A stretch of 64,000 nt of DNA, from positions 53,637 through 117,636 of the forward strand of contig JAWCKR010000001.1 of assembly GCA_038851755.1 (NCBI GenBank), read 5' to 3'. Positions 49,793 to 60,801 of the stretch are shown here, in pieces; position 1 is the first letter of the stretch, and each line of letters begins with the position of its first letter. The notes below the pieces were generated by a model that saw only the letters and a list, made by a program, of their open reading frames with translations, was not told where the DNA came from and did no database searches. Source of the stretch: Candidatus Hadarchaeales archaeon (GTDB lineage Archaea > Hadarchaeota > Hadarchaeia > Hadarchaeales > WYZ-LMO6). The position numbers and the translations under genes were made by a program.

Positions 49793-50248
49793 ATGCCCAA
49801 GTTCGGTTACTCCTGCAAGGTGGAAGAACCCTGCGCCAAGGCCATGGGCAGGGAGCTCAGGATCTCCCCCAAGGACGCGGTGGAGATCTGCAGGGAGATA
49901 AAGGGCATGAAGCTCCGCGAGGCCCAGTCCTACCTGGAGGAAGTGGTCAAGGGGGAGAGGGCCGTGCCCTTCAGGAGGCACGCCAAGAAGGTGGCCCACC
50001 ACAAGGGCACGAAGGGGGCAGGGGCCTTCCCCGCCAAGGCCGCGAAGGCCATCCTGGAGGTGCTGAAAAACGCGGAAGCCAACGCCGCCTACAAGGGACT
50101 GGACGCCGAAAAGCTGAAGGTGGTGCACGCCAGCGCCAGCAGGGGCATCATCCTGCCTGGCATCCTGCCCAGGGCCTTCGGAAGGGCCACCCCCTACAAC
50201 AGGCCCCTCACCAACGTGCAGATCGTGCTGAAGGAGGCCCAGGCTTGA
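49793..50248 (+). CDS. rpl22: 50S ribosomal protein L22 (uL22)
   Basis: 151 aa; ...AKAMGRELRISPKDAVEICREIKGMKLREAQSYLE... typical uL22. Confidence 0.93.
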   Translation: MPKFGYSCKVEEPCAKAMGRELRISPKDAVEICREIKGMKLREAQSYLEEVVKGERAVPFRRHAKKVAHHKGTKGAGAFPAKAAKAILEVLKNAEANAAYKGLDAEKLKVVHASASRGIILPGILPRAFGRATPYNRPLTNVQIVLKEAQA

Positions 50249-50904
50249 GGGTGGACAAGCTCTTCGTGAAGAGGGCCATAGATTTCGCGGAGCTGAACGA
50301 GTACCTGGAGAAGGAACTTGAGCATGCGGGCTATGCGGGAGTGAGCATGAGCAGGGTGCCCACGGGCACCAGGATCACCCTCTACGTGGAGCGTCCGGGG
50401 GCCGTCATAGGGAAGAAGGGGAAGAGCGTGCAGGAGCTGACGGACGAGCTGACCAAGAGGTTCAAGGTGGAGAACCCGCAGGTGGAGGTGGTGGGAATAG
50501 AGAAGCCCGAGCTGAGCGCACCCATCATGGCGAAGAGGATAGCCTTCGCCCTGGAGAGGGGGGCCCACTTCAGGTCACTGGGATACACCTTCATGAACAG
50601 GATCATGGAGGCCGGGGCCAGGGGGGTGGAGATCGTGATCTCGGGGAAGCTGGGTGGGGAGAGGGCCAAGCGGATGAGGTTCTATCAGGGATACCTGAGC
50701 AAAGCCGGGGACCCCGCCCACAGGCTGGTGAGCTACGGCTACGCCTACGCCAAGCTGAAGCCCGGGGTGGTGGGGGTGAAGGTCAGGATCATGCCTCCCG
50801 TGCCCACGCCGGACGAGATAAAGATGAGGACCGAAACCCAGAAAACCGAGGAACCACCAACGGAAAAGGCTGCGGAGGGAGAGAGTGGCGGTGCTGAGGG
50901 CTGA
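50245..50904 (+). CDS. rps3: 30S ribosomal protein S3 (uS3)
   Basis: KH domain (...VIGKKGKSVQELTDEL...) plus uS3 C-domain. TTG start overlapping the rpl22 stop (TTGA); GTG at 50251 is an alternative. Confidence 0.92.
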   Translation: MRVDKLFVKRAIDFAELNEYLEKELEHAGYAGVSMSRVPTGTRITLYVERPGAVIGKKGKSVQELTDELTKRFKVENPQVEVVGIEKPELSAPIMAKRIAFALERGAHFRSLGYTFMNRIMEAGARGVEIVISGKLGGERAKRMRFYQGYLSKAGDPAHRLVSYGYAYAKLKPGVVGVKVRIMPPVPTPDEIKMRTETQKTEEPPTEKAAEGESGGAEG

Positions 50905-51097
50905 TGAGATAAGGGGAATGAGCCTGGAGGAGATGAAGGCCAAGCTCAGGGAGCTCCGCGCTGAGCTGGCCAGGGAGAGGGCGGTGAGGAGGGGGGGAGT
51001 CCCCTCCGACAACCCCATGAGGGCCAGGGAGCTCAAGCGCGCCATAGCAAGGATTTTAACGGTGGTGCGAGAAAAGGAAAGGGTGAAAGTTCCATAA
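50885..51097 (+). CDS. rpl29: 50S ribosomal protein L29 (uL29)
   Basis: MAVLRADEIRGMSLEEMKAKLRELRAELARERA... is the uL29 coiled-coil. GTG start. Confidence 0.85.
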   Translation: MAVLRADEIRGMSLEEMKAKLRELRAELARERAVRRGGVPSDNPMRARELKRAIARILTVVREKERVKVP

Positions 51098-51408
51098 TGC
51101 AGGGAATCTGTCCACGCTGCGGCCTTCCCACCGAACTCTGCGTCTGCGGTGAAATCTCCCGGGAACAGCAGAAGATCACCGTCTACTCGGAGAGCCGCAG
51201 GTTCGGGAAGGTGGTGACGGTGATAGAGGGGCTGGACGAGAAGAAGAGCGACCTGAAGGAGCTGCTGAAGAAGCTGAAGAGCAAAATGGCCTGCGGGGGG
51301 ACGATGAGGGAGAGGAGCATCGAACTCCAGGGGGACCACAAGGACAGGATAAAGGAAGTGCTGGTGGAGCTCGGGTTTTTACCCGAGTCCATAGACGTTA
51401 TCGAGTGA
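51097..51408 (+). CDS. Translation initiation factor SUI1 (aIF1/eIF1 homologue) with N-terminal Zn ribbon
   Basis: MQGICPRCGLPTELCVCGE...KITVYSESRRFGKVVTVIEGL...KELLKKLKSKMACGGT... is the SUI1 fold. TAATG overlap with rpl29. Confidence 0.88.
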   Translation: MQGICPRCGLPTELCVCGEISREQQKITVYSESRRFGKVVTVIEGLDEKKSDLKELLKKLKSKMACGGTMRERSIELQGDHKDRIKEVLVELGFLPESIDVIE

Positions 51409-51409
51409 G

Positions 51410-51679
51410 ATGCCCCTGCGGCCCGCCAACCTGCCCAGGCACGAGCTGATAGGACTGGAGGTGGAGGTGCTGGAGAGCAGGGACCCTGGGCTGAAGGGCC
51501 TGCGTGGCAGGGTGGTGGACGAGACGAAGAACATGCTTAAAATACGGGTGGGGGGAAAGGTAAAAAGCGTGCCGAAGTCCATAGTCTACCTGAGGTTCGT
51601 CCTGCCGGAGGGAGAAGAAGTGAGGGTGGAAGGAAAGAGGCTGGTGGCGAGGCCCGAGGAGAGGGTGAGGAAGGTATGA
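51410..51679 (+). CDS. rnp1: Ribonuclease P protein component 1 (Rpp29/Pop4)
   Basis: 89 aa; ...[35 protein letters not shown]... is the Rpp29 Sm-like fold. Conserved position between SUI1 and rps17. Confidence 0.8.
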   Translation: MPLRPANLPRHELIGLEVEVLESRDPGLKGLRGRVVDETKNMLKIRVGGKVKSVPKSIVYLRFVLPEGEEVRVEGKRLVARPEERVRKV

Positions 51680-51996
51680 AGAGCGTGCTGGGAATGAGGG
51701 CCCCAGAGACCCCTTGCTCCGATCCGCGCTGTCCCTTCCACGGGAGCCTCTCCGTGAGGGGGAGGGTGCTGGAGGGGACGGTGGTGAGCGACAAGAGGGC
51801 GAAGACCGTGACGGTGGAGATCCCCCGCGTCCACAGGGTGGAGAAGTACGAGAGGTTCGAGAAGAGAACCTCCAGGATCCACGCCCACAACCCCCCCTGC
51901 ATCAACGCCAGGGTGGGGGAGAGGGTGAAGATAGCGGAGTGCCGGAGGCTGAGCAAGACGAAGGCCTTCGTGGTGATAGGGAAGGAGGGGGGCTGA
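51676..51996 (+). CDS. rps17: 30S ribosomal protein S17 (uS17)
   Basis: ...[45 protein letters not shown]... typical uS17 OB fold. Confidence 0.92.
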   Translation: MKSVLGMRAPETPCSDPRCPFHGSLSVRGRVLEGTVVSDKRAKTVTVEIPRVHRVEKYERFEKRTSRIHAHNPPCINARVGERVKIAECRRLSKTKAFVVIGKEGG

Positions 51997-52419
51997 ATGG
52001 GGAAGAGGGCAGGAGGCATCATGGCCACGGGCATGGCCGCCCCCGTCCGCGCGCTGCCCATAGGCGCCAGGCTGAGCTGCGCCGACAACACGGGGGCCAA
52101 GGAGATTCAGATCATCTCGGTGGTGGGGTTGAAGGGGAAGAGGAGGAGGCTGCTCTCGGCGGGGGTGGGTGACCAGGTCGTGGCCTCCGTGAAGAAGGGG
52201 ACCCCCGAGCTCAGGAAGCAGATCGTGCGCGCCGTGGTGGTCAGGCAGAGGAAGCCTTACCTCAGGAGCGACGGGATCAGGATCAAGTTCGAGGACAACG
52301 CCGCCGCCATCATCACCCCGGACGGCTCCCCCAAGGGCTCGGAGATCAGGGGGCCCATAGCCAAGGAGGCGGCCGAGCGCTGGCCCAAGCTGGCGGGAAT
52401 AGCCACGATGGTGGTGTGA
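51997..52419 (+). CDS. rpl14: 50S ribosomal protein L14 (uL14)
   Basis: ...[24 protein letters not shown]...[13 protein letters not shown]... typical uL14. Confidence 0.95.
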   Translation: MGKRAGGIMATGMAAPVRALPIGARLSCADNTGAKEIQIISVVGLKGKRRRLLSAGVGDQVVASVKKGTPELRKQIVRAVVVRQRKPYLRSDGIRIKFEDNAAAIITPDGSPKGSEIRGPIAKEAAERWPKLAGIATMVV

Positions 52420-52800
52420 GTGAAGAGCAAAAAGCCTGGAAGGCAGAGGCTCAGGCTCCACACCATGCCCCTCCACAGAAGGCACAAACTGCTCTCCGCC
52501 ACCCTCAGTCCGGAACTGAGGGAGAAGTACGGCAGGAGGTCCCTCCCCGTGAGGAAGGGGGACAAGGTGAGGATCCTCAGGGGGGACTTCAGGAAGCTGG
52601 AGGGGGAGGTGCTGGGGGTGGACCTGAAGAGGGTGGCGGTGACGGTGGGAGGAGCCAGCACCAGGAAGGCGGACGGGACAGAGGTCCCGAGGAAGATCCA
52701 CCCCTCCAACCTCATGATCCTGAAGCTGGCCCAGGACAAGGAGAGGGAGAAGGCCCTCGCCAGGTCAAAACAGCAAAAAATTCCTACAAAATCTCTTTAA
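52420..52800 (+). CDS. rpl24: 50S ribosomal protein L24 (uL24), KOW domain, with A-rich low-complexity 3' tail
   Basis: ...VRKGDKVRILRGDFRKLEGEVLGVDLKRVAVTV... (KOW). GTG start after the rpl14 TGA. Last ~12 codons (SKQQKIPTKSL) are encoded by an A-rich stretch. Confidence 0.88.
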   Translation: MKSKKPGRQRLRLHTMPLHRRHKLLSATLSPELREKYGRRSLPVRKGDKVRILRGDFRKLEGEVLGVDLKRVAVTVGGASTRKADGTEVPRKIHPSNLMILKLAQDKEREKALARSKQQKIPTKSL

Positions 52801-52831
52801 ATCTCATTTCAAAAGAAAAAAAACGAAGAAC

Positions 52832-53962
52832 ATGGACCGGAGAGGGATTGCGCCCATCTTGCTGGTGGCAGTAATAGCAGTGGTAGCGGTGGTGGCTGGC
52901 GCTGCAGTGGTGGTGATGAGGGGAGGCGCGAAGTCAGGGACTCCTGTGTACGCTGGATCGCAGGAAGCCTCCATGCCCTCGTACCTCGCCGGACAGCTCT
53001 GGTACATGGATGTGGAAGGAATCACCATCCACGCCTACTTCATTCAGGGAAAAACCGCGGGCGAGATCCTGAGCTGGTACAGAGAGGAGATGGCTGACAG
53101 GGGCTATGAGAACTACGCGGAGCTGTTTGCAGCTACCCTTCCCATACCCCCATACGGTACCTTCGAGTGGGGGTGGATAGCGTTCAGGAAAGGGGACCGA
53201 GCTGTGGTGGTGGGTGCCTTCAGCGGGACCACGGAAGGTCAGACGGGATGCTGGTACGCCGTAGCGGAAGGACCGTTGAACAAGCTGATGCCACCCGGAG
53301 CACCGGGAGGAGGTCCGGAGCAGCTCCCTGGCTCCGACCAGGCGAGCGGTGTCGAGCCCATTAGCAGGTACCCAGGATCGATAATGCTATCGCACGAAAC
53401 CTCAGGACCTTGGCCGGACCGGATCTCGATCGGCTATGGAAGCACAGAAAACCGACACCGCGTTATAGGGAGCTGGTTCGAAACCCACCTCACCCAGGCT
53501 GGGTGGAGCGTCATAGAAGAGAGTGAAAGCGAAGAGGAGGTCGTCCTGTGGTTCAGAAAAGGTGAGAACGAGGTGGGCCTGTACGTGTACCCGCCGGAGG
53601 AGCAGAGAGCGTACTCCAGGATAAACGTGGTTTTCGATTGCTGGAGGATCCCCGAAAGGGATCTCAAATCCGGAGAGGAACCTGTCGAGCGGTACCCGGG
53701 AGCGGTGATCATCGAGTATTTGCAAGTCGTCATGCAAGGGGGAAAAACCATCACCATCAACTACGTCAGCAAAGCAGGGGCTGACAACATCTTCAACTGG
53801 TACCTGAACTCCCTGCCCCAACAGGGATGGACCATCATCGCCTATTCCCCGAGCGAGTGGGGCATCTCCGCTACGAAGGGTTACAGCACGCTGACGGTGG
53901 AGGTTTCCCCCAACGAGCGACAGTATGCGGAGATAGACGTAATGTACATGGGACCAGCATAA
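52832..53962 (+). CDS. Hypothetical secreted/membrane-anchored protein with three tandem ~95-aa repeats; atypical codon usage
   Basis: N-terminal hydrophobic anchor IAPILLVAVIAVVAVVAGAAVVV. Repeats aa 46-140, 172-270, 281-376 share EP[IV]xRYPG[SA][IV]...I.I.Y...i.[SN]W[FY]..L..[AQ]GW[ST][IV]I...W...[RK]KG...[LV].V. Codon usage (frequent GAA, AAA, TAC, GGA, GCA) differs from neighbours. Confidence 0.6.
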   Translation: MDRRGIAPILLVAVIAVVAVVAGAAVVVMRGGAKSGTPVYAGSQEASMPSYLAGQLWYMDVEGITIHAYFIQGKTAGEILSWYREEMADRGYENYAELFAATLPIPPYGTFEWGWIAFRKGDRAVVVGAFSGTTEGQTGCWYAVAEGPLNKLMPPGAPGGGPEQLPGSDQASGVEPISRYPGSIMLSHETSGPWPDRISIGYGSTENRHRVIGSWFETHLTQAGWSVIEESESEEEVVLWFRKGENEVGLYVYPPEEQRAYSRINVVFDCWRIPERDLKSGEEPVERYPGAVIIEYLQVVMQGGKTITINYVSKAGADNIFNWYLNSLPQQGWTIIAYSPSEWGISATKGYSTLTVEVSPNERQYAEIDVMYMGPA

Positions 53963-53963
53963 G

Positions 53964-53980
53964 TCTCTTCTCTTTTTTTT
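53964..53980 (+). terminator. Oligo-T tract (archaeal terminator-like) after the repeat-protein gene
   Basis: gtctcttctcTTTTTTTTg immediately 3' of the TAA stop. Confidence 0.4.
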
Positions 53981-54025
53981 GAAACCGGCATAAACAGATA
54001 AGAGGGAGCAGGCCCTAGAGGGAAG

Positions 54026-54685
54026 ATGCGCATAGACCTGCACACCCACTCCCTCCTGAGCGACGGGAAGGTCCTGCCCGTGGAGCTCGCCAGGAGGGCG
54101 GAGGTCATGGGGCACGTGGCCCTGGCCATCACCGACCATGCCGATCCCTCCAACCTCGAGAGGCTCGTGCCCCAGATCCTCAAGGCCTCCGAGGAGGTGA
54201 ACAGGAGCATGAAGATCAGGCTCGTGCCGGGAGTGGAGCTCACCCATCTCCCCCCCTCCAGCATAGGAAAGATGGCGAAGCTGGCGAGAAAGCTGGGGGC
54301 CGCCCTGGTGGTGGTGCACGGGGAGAGTCCCGTGGAGCCCGTCCCCCCGGGAACCAATGAGGCCGCGCTGAACTGCGGGGAGGTTGACCTGCTTGCCCAT
54401 CCAGGTTTCCTCTCCCCACAGCTGGCCGAGAAGGCGGAGAAGGAGGAGGTGTACCTGGAGCTGACCTCCAGGAGGGGACATTCCCTCACCAACGGGTGGA
54501 TAGCCAGGGTAGCGGGGGGGTCCGGATGCAGGCTGCTGGTGAACACCGACGCCCACGACCCGGAAGACCTCCTCACCCAGGAGGAAGCCAGGAAGGTGGC
54601 GCTGGGGGCGGGGTTGGAGAAGAGGGAAGCGGAGAGGGCCGTGAAGGAGAACCCGAGGGCCCTCCTCAAGAGGTTAGGATATTGA
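54026..54685 (+). CDS. PHP-family phosphoesterase, probable histidinol-phosphatase (HisJ/HisK-type)
   Basis: MRIDLHTHSLLSDG... (PHP motif I), ...AITDHAD..., ...HPGF..., ...NTDAHDPE... metal-binding His/Asp. Translationally coupled (TTGA) to hisC and followed by the his operon. Confidence 0.7.
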   Translation: MRIDLHTHSLLSDGKVLPVELARRAEVMGHVALAITDHADPSNLERLVPQILKASEEVNRSMKIRLVPGVELTHLPPSSIGKMAKLARKLGAALVVVHGESPVEPVPPGTNEAALNCGEVDLLAHPGFLSPQLAEKAEKEEVYLELTSRRGHSLTNGWIARVAGGSGCRLLVNTDAHDPEDLLTQEEARKVALGAGLEKREAERAVKENPRALLKRLGY

Positions 54686-55764
54686 GGCTCCTCTCGAGGA
54701 GGGTCAGGGAGTTCCTGAAGGCGGGGAGGGCCTACCCCTACGCCGGAGAGTACGGGAGGAGGAGGGAGGTGGTGAACCTTGCCTCCAACGAGAGCCCCTT
54801 TGGTCCCTCCCCCCTCGTCCTCAGGGCCCTGAGGGAGGCCCTCCCCCAGGTGGGCTACTATCCCGACCCGAAGGCGGAGGGACTGAGGAAGGCCGTGGGA
54901 AGGTACGTAGGACTTGGAGGGGAGGAGGTGCTGCTCGGGAACGGGTCGGATGAGCTCATGGACCTCCTCTGCCGGGCCCTCCTCGATCCGGGGGACCGCG
55001 TCCTCCTCCCCCTCCCCACCTTCAGCTTCTACGAGACCGGGGTGCTGCTGAGCGGCGGAGTGCCGAGGTTCTACAGGGGGAGGGGGGTGGAGTGGGACCC
55101 GGAGGAGCTGGTCTCGGCCTGCAGGGGGGTCAAGCTGGTCTTCCTGGGGCGGCCGAACAACCCCACCGGGAGCTGCCTGGAGGAGGAAGCGGTGGAGGGG
55201 CTGCTGGACACCGGGGCCCTGGTGGTGGCCGACGAGGCCTACGTGGAGTTCTCCTCCAGGGGGTCCCTGGCGCGGTGGGTCAGGAGGAGGGAGAACCTGG
55301 CGGTGCTCAGGACCTTCTCCAAGGCCTTCGGGCTGGCCGGGCTCCGGGTGGGCTACCTGCTCGCCCGACCCGAGCTGGTCTCCGTGCTGGAGAGGCTGCG
55401 CCAGCCCTTCAACGTGAACAGGCTGGCCCAGGTGGCCGCCGAAGCCGCCCTCAGGGACCTGAAGCACATGAAGAGGGTGGTGGGGGAGGTGAGGAGGGAA
55501 AGGGAGCGTTTGAGGCACGAGCTCCTCTCCCTGGGGCTGAAGGTCCTCCCCTCGGAGGCCAACTTCCTGATGGTGGGGACCTCTCCCTGGGGGAAGACGG
55601 CGCCCGAGCTCTGCAGGGAGCTCTACCGCGAAGGGATCCTCATAAGGGACCTCTCCGGCTTCAGGGGGGCGGGAAAGGAGTGGGTGAGGATCACGGTGGG
55701 GAGAAAGGAAGAAAACGAAAGACTCATAGAGGCGCTTGGAAAGGTGAAGGGGGGAAGAAAGTGA
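54682..55764 (+). CDS. hisC: Histidinol-phosphate aminotransferase
   Basis: ...NLASNESPFGP..., ...LGNGSDELMD..., ...FSKAFGLAGLRVGY... (PLP Lys); class-II aminotransferase. TTG start overlapping the upstream stop. The track ORF from 54496 is over-extended. Confidence 0.88.
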   Translation: MRLLSRRVREFLKAGRAYPYAGEYGRRREVVNLASNESPFGPSPLVLRALREALPQVGYYPDPKAEGLRKAVGRYVGLGGEEVLLGNGSDELMDLLCRALLDPGDRVLLPLPTFSFYETGVLLSGGVPRFYRGRGVEWDPEELVSACRGVKLVFLGRPNNPTGSCLEEEAVEGLLDTGALVVADEAYVEFSSRGSLARWVRRRENLAVLRTFSKAFGLAGLRVGYLLARPELVSVLERLRQPFNVNRLAQVAAEAALRDLKHMKRVVGEVRRERERLRHELLSLGLKVLPSEANFLMVGTSPWGKTAPELCRELYREGILIRDLSGFRGAGKEWVRITVGRKEENERLIEALGKVKGGRK

Positions 55765-56627
55765 AGCTGACGATGAGCGTGCCCAAGGGACACCTGGAGG
55801 AGCCCACGGTGAGGCTGCTCCAGAACTCCGGCATAGGGGTGGTGGGGAGGGACGGCAGGCAGCTCTTCTGCCGGACCCACGACCCGGAGCTGGAGCTGGT
55901 GTTCGTGAGAGCGGAGGACATACCCGACTTCGTGGCCGGGGGAGCCACCGAGCTGGGCATCACGGGATACGACCTGGTGTGCGAGAGCGGGAGGGAGAAG
56001 GAGGTGGTGGAGCTGCTGGACCTGGGATACGGCTTCACCAGGATGGTGATAGCCTCCCCCGAGGGGTCCGGGATAGCCTCGCCCTCCGACTACCGCCCGG
56101 GGCTGAGGGTGGCCACGGAGTTCCCCAACCTCACCCGCCAGTACTTCTCGAAAAGGGGGATAGAGGTGGAGGTGGTCAACCTCACCGGGGCCGCCGAGAT
56201 CGCCCCCCTCATAGGGGTGGCCGACCTGATCGTGGACGTGACCAGCACGGGAACCACCCTGCGCACCCACCGCCTGCGGGTGGTGGACACCATCCTGGAG
56301 AGCACCGCCAGGCTGGTGGCCAACAGGAAAAGCATGGGGGAGAAGGGGGAGAAGATCGAGGAGATCAGGACGGCCCTGAGGAGCGCCACGGAGGCCGAGG
56401 GTAAGAAGCTGATCCTCCTCAACCTGCCCGAGAACAGGCTGGAGGAGGTCAAGAAGATACTCCCGGGCATGTCGGGCCCCACCGTCTCCCGGGTGGAGGC
56501 CAAAGAGCCCATGCTGGCCGTTCAGGCGGTGGTGAAGGAGTCGGAGGTGTACAGGGTGGTGAGGGAGCTCAAGAGGGCGGGGGGGAGGGACATCCTGGTG
56601 CTTCCCATCGAGCGCGTCCTCCCCTAG
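55761..56627 (+). CDS. hisG: ATP phosphoribosyltransferase (long form)
   Basis: ...KLTMSVPKGHLEE..., ...DIPDFVAGGATELGITGYDL..., ...DVTSTGTTLR... typical HisG plus C-terminal regulatory domain. GTG (GTGA overlap) at 55761 or ATG at 55773. Confidence 0.9.
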   Translation: MKLTMSVPKGHLEEPTVRLLQNSGIGVVGRDGRQLFCRTHDPELELVFVRAEDIPDFVAGGATELGITGYDLVCESGREKEVVELLDLGYGFTRMVIASPEGSGIASPSDYRPGLRVATEFPNLTRQYFSKRGIEVEVVNLTGAAEIAPLIGVADLIVDVTSTGTTLRTHRLRVVDTILESTARLVANRKSMGEKGEKIEEIRTALRSATEAEGKKLILLNLPENRLEEVKKILPGMSGPTVSRVEAKEPMLAVQAVVKESEVYRVVRELKRAGGRDILVLPIERVLP

Positions 56628-56635
56628 GTGCCAGC

Positions 56636-57343
56636 TTGCTGGTGATTCCCAGCGTGGACATCAGGAGGGGGAGGTGCGTCAGGCTGAGGGAGGGGAGGGT
56701 GGAGGGGGAGAAGGTCTACGGGAATCCCCTGGAGTGGGCGAGGAGGTGGGAAGGAGAGGGGGCCCGCCTCCTGCATGTGGTGGACCTCGACGCCGCCATG
56801 GGCATGGGGAGCAACCTGGGGCTGATCCTGGACCTCCTCAGGGGAAAGAGGTGCAGGATCCAGGTGGGTGGTGGGATAAGGTCCCTGGAGGTGGCGAGGA
56901 GGTACCTCGAAGGGGGGGCTGAGAGAGTGGTGGTGGGCACCTCCGCCGTTAAAAACCCCGGGCTGGTGAAGAGGTTAGTGGAAGCCCTGGGAGGGGAGAG
57001 GGTGGTGGTGGCCCTGGACTCCAGGGGAGGAAAGGTGGTGGTGGAGGGCTGGAGGGAGGAGACGGGAAGGGAAGTGGTGGAGGTGGCCAGGGAAATGGAG
57101 GAGCTGGGGGTAGGGTGCCTCCTCTACACCGACGTGGAGGCCGATGGCACGATGCGGGGGATAGGGGAGAGGGTGGCGGAGATCCTCTCCAGGATAAGGC
57201 TCCCGGTGATCCTCTCGGGGGGGGTTCGCTCCCTGGAGGACGTGAGGAGGGCGAAGGAGGCGGGGGCGGCGGGGCTGATCGTGGGCACGGCCCTCTACGA
57301 GGGAAGGTTCACCCTGGGGGAGGCCATGGAGGTGGCGGAATGA
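56636..57343 (+). CDS. hisA: ProFAR isomerase (1-(5-phosphoribosyl)-5-[(5-phosphoribosylamino)methylideneamino]imidazole-4-carboxamide isomerase)
   Basis: MLVIPSVDIRRGRCVRL... LHVVDLDAA... VGGGIRS... ILSGGVRSLEDV is a TIM-barrel HisA. TTG start. Confidence 0.9.
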   Translation: MLVIPSVDIRRGRCVRLREGRVEGEKVYGNPLEWARRWEGEGARLLHVVDLDAAMGMGSNLGLILDLLRGKRCRIQVGGGIRSLEVARRYLEGGAERVVVGTSAVKNPGLVKRLVEALGGERVVVALDSRGGKVVVEGWREETGREVVEVAREMEELGVGCLLYTDVEADGTMRGIGERVAEILSRIRLPVILSGGVRSLEDVRRAKEAGAAGLIVGTALYEGRFTLGEAMEVAE

Positions 57344-57908
57344 GGAGGTGCAGGCTGGAGAGGAAGACCGGGGAGACGGAGGTGGAGGTCTCCCTCAAGC
57401 TCGACGGTGAGGGCGAGGCCGAGGTGGAGACGGGAATAAGGTTCCTGGACCACCTCCTCTCCCACCTGGCCAAGCACTCGGGCTTTGACCTGCAGGTGAA
57501 GGCGAAGGGTGACATGGAGCACCACGTGGCCGAGGACGTGATGCTCGTGCTGGGACAGTGCCTGGAGAGGGCCCTGGGGGACAAGAAAGGGATAAGGAGG
57601 ATGGGGGACGCGATCGTGCCCATGGACGAGACCCTGGTGATGGTCTCCGTGGACCTGAGCGGGAGGGGCTACTCCTCCCTCGAGCTCAAGCTCAGGGCCA
57701 AGAAGGTGGAGGATCTGGACGCGGACCTGCTCGAGCACCTCCTCCAGACCTTCGCCCAGAACGGAAGGTTCAACCTGCACGTGCAGGTGCTGAGGGGCAG
57801 GAACGACCACCACAAGGCGGAGGCGGTCTTCAAGGCCCTGGGGCTGGCCCTGGGGGAGGCCTGCAGCAGGAGGGGGGGAGGAATCCCCAGCACGAAGGGT
57901 GTGCTCTC

Positions 57909-57912
<4 letters not shown>
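57340..57912 (+). CDS. hisB: Imidazoleglycerol-phosphate dehydratase
   Basis: MRRCRLERKTGETEVEVSLKLDG...FLDHLLSHLAKHSGFDL...GRNDHHKAEAVFKALG typical IGPD. ATGA overlap with hisA. Confidence 0.92.
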
Positions 57913-59182
<1,270 letters not shown>

Positions 59183-59186
<4 letters not shown>

Positions 59187-59611
59187 AGCTGAAACCCGAA
59201 CGGGCGGAGGAGCTGGTGAGGGGGCTGAACTTCAGGGAGGGTCTGGTGACGGCGGTGGTGCAGGACGAGAGGACGGGGGAGGTGCTGATGGTGGCCCACC
59301 AGGACCCGGAGGCCGTGAGGAGGACCCTCACCACGGGGCTGATGCACTACTGGAGCCGCTCCAGGGGGAAGCTCTGGCTGAAGGGGGAGAGCTCCGGGCA
59401 CGTGCAGCGCCTGAGGGGTGTGAGGGTGGACTGCGACGGTGACGCCCTCCTCTACAGGGTAAGGCAGGTGGGGGGCGCCTGCCACGAGGGCTACCGCTCC
59501 TGCTTCTTCAGGGGACTGAAGGGTGGAAGGCTGGCGGAGGTGGAGAGGAGGATCTTCGACCCGGAAAAGATTTACGGGGAGGAGGGGAAGCGGAGGAAGG
59601 CGGTGAGATGA
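59183..59611 (+). CDS. hisI: Phosphoribosyl-AMP cyclohydrolase
   Basis: ...[56 protein letters not shown]...[10 protein letters not shown] is a canonical PRA-CH. ATGA overlap with hisD. Confidence 0.88.
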
Positions 59612-60795
59612 AGTACGTGGTGGTGCTGGGGGACGGGATGGCGGACCACCCCGTCCGGAGGCTGGGGGGGAAGACCCCTCTGGAGGTGGCCCACAAGCCC
59701 AACCTGGACTCCCTGGCCAGGGAAGGAGAGATGGGGATGCTGAGGACCGTTCCGAACGGCATGCCCCCGGGATCGGATGTGGCCAACCTCTCCATCCTGG
59801 GGTACAGGCCCGAGACCTGCTACACGGGAAGGGGGCCGCTGGAGGCGGCTGACCTGGGGGTGAGGCTCGGGCCCAACGATGTGGCCTTCAGGTGCAACCT
59901 GATCACCGAGAAGGACGGGAGGATGCACGACTACTCCGCCGGGCACATCACCACGGAGGAGGCGGCGGAGCTCCTAGGGGAGCTGGGGCGCAGGTTCAGG
60001 AAGGGGGAGTTCCACGTGGGGATCACCTACCGCCACGTCTTCGTCCTCAGGAACTGCGATCCCAGGCTGGAGACCGATCCGCCCCACGAGATCCCGGGGG
60101 AGCCCATAGCCCGGCACCTGGTCAGGCCCCCCGACGATCCCCTGGCCAGGGAACTGAACCGCCTGATGCTGGAGTCCAAGCGGGTCCTCTCGGAGCACCC
60201 CGTCAACAGGGCCAGGGAGATGCAGGGGAAGAACCCTGCGAACATGATCTGGCTCTGGAGCCAGGGGGGGAGGCCCAGGCTGCAGAACTTCAGGAAGAAG
60301 TACGGGGTGAAGGCCGCCCTGATCTCCGCCGTCCCCCTCATCCGCGGGATAGGGGTGTACACGGGGATGACCCTGGTGAAGGTGCCTGGCGCCACGGGCT
60401 ACTTCGACACCAACTACGAGGGGAAGGCCCTGTACGCGCTCAGGGCGCTGGAAGACCACGACTTCGTCTACCTGCACGTGGAAGCCCCTGACGAGGCCGG
60501 GCACGAGGGCAACCTGGAGATGAAGGTGAAGGCCATAGAGGACCTGGACCGGAGGCTCCTCGGCCCCCTCCTGGACGGTCTGCCCGAGGGGTGCAGGATA
60601 GCCGTCCTCCCGGACCACCCCACGCCCCTGGAGGTCAAGACCCACGTGGCCGAGCCCGTGCCCTTCGTCATCCACGGCCCCGGGGTGAAAGGGGACGGCA
60701 TGACCTTCTCCGAGAGGAACGGGGAGAAGGGATCGGCGGGCTTCCTGGAGGGGGAAGGGTTCATGCGGAGGTTCCTGGCCACCGGACGCCGGTAG
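59608..60795 (+). CDS. apgM: 2,3-bisphosphoglycerate-independent phosphoglycerate mutase, archaeal type
   Basis: [40 protein letters not shown]...[16 protein letters not shown]...[13 protein letters not shown] is the aPGAM signature. ATGA overlap with hisI. Confidence 0.9.
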   Translation: MKYVVVLGDGMADHPVRRLGGKTPLEVAHKPNLDSLAREGEMGMLRTVPNGMPPGSDVANLSILGYRPETCYTGRGPLEAADLGVRLGPNDVAFRCNLITEKDGRMHDYSAGHITTEEAAELLGELGRRFRKGEFHVGITYRHVFVLRNCDPRLETDPPHEIPGEPIARHLVRPPDDPLARELNRLMLESKRVLSEHPVNRAREMQGKNPANMIWLWSQGGRPRLQNFRKKYGVKAALISAVPLIRGIGVYTGMTLVKVPGATGYFDTNYEGKALYALRALEDHDFVYLHVEAPDEAGHEGNLEMKVKAIEDLDRRLLGPLLDGLPEGCRIAVLPDHPTPLEVKTHVAEPVPFVIHGPGVKGDGMTFSERNGEKGSAGFLEGEGFMRRFLATGRR

Positions 60796-60801
60796 GGTGG
60801 T

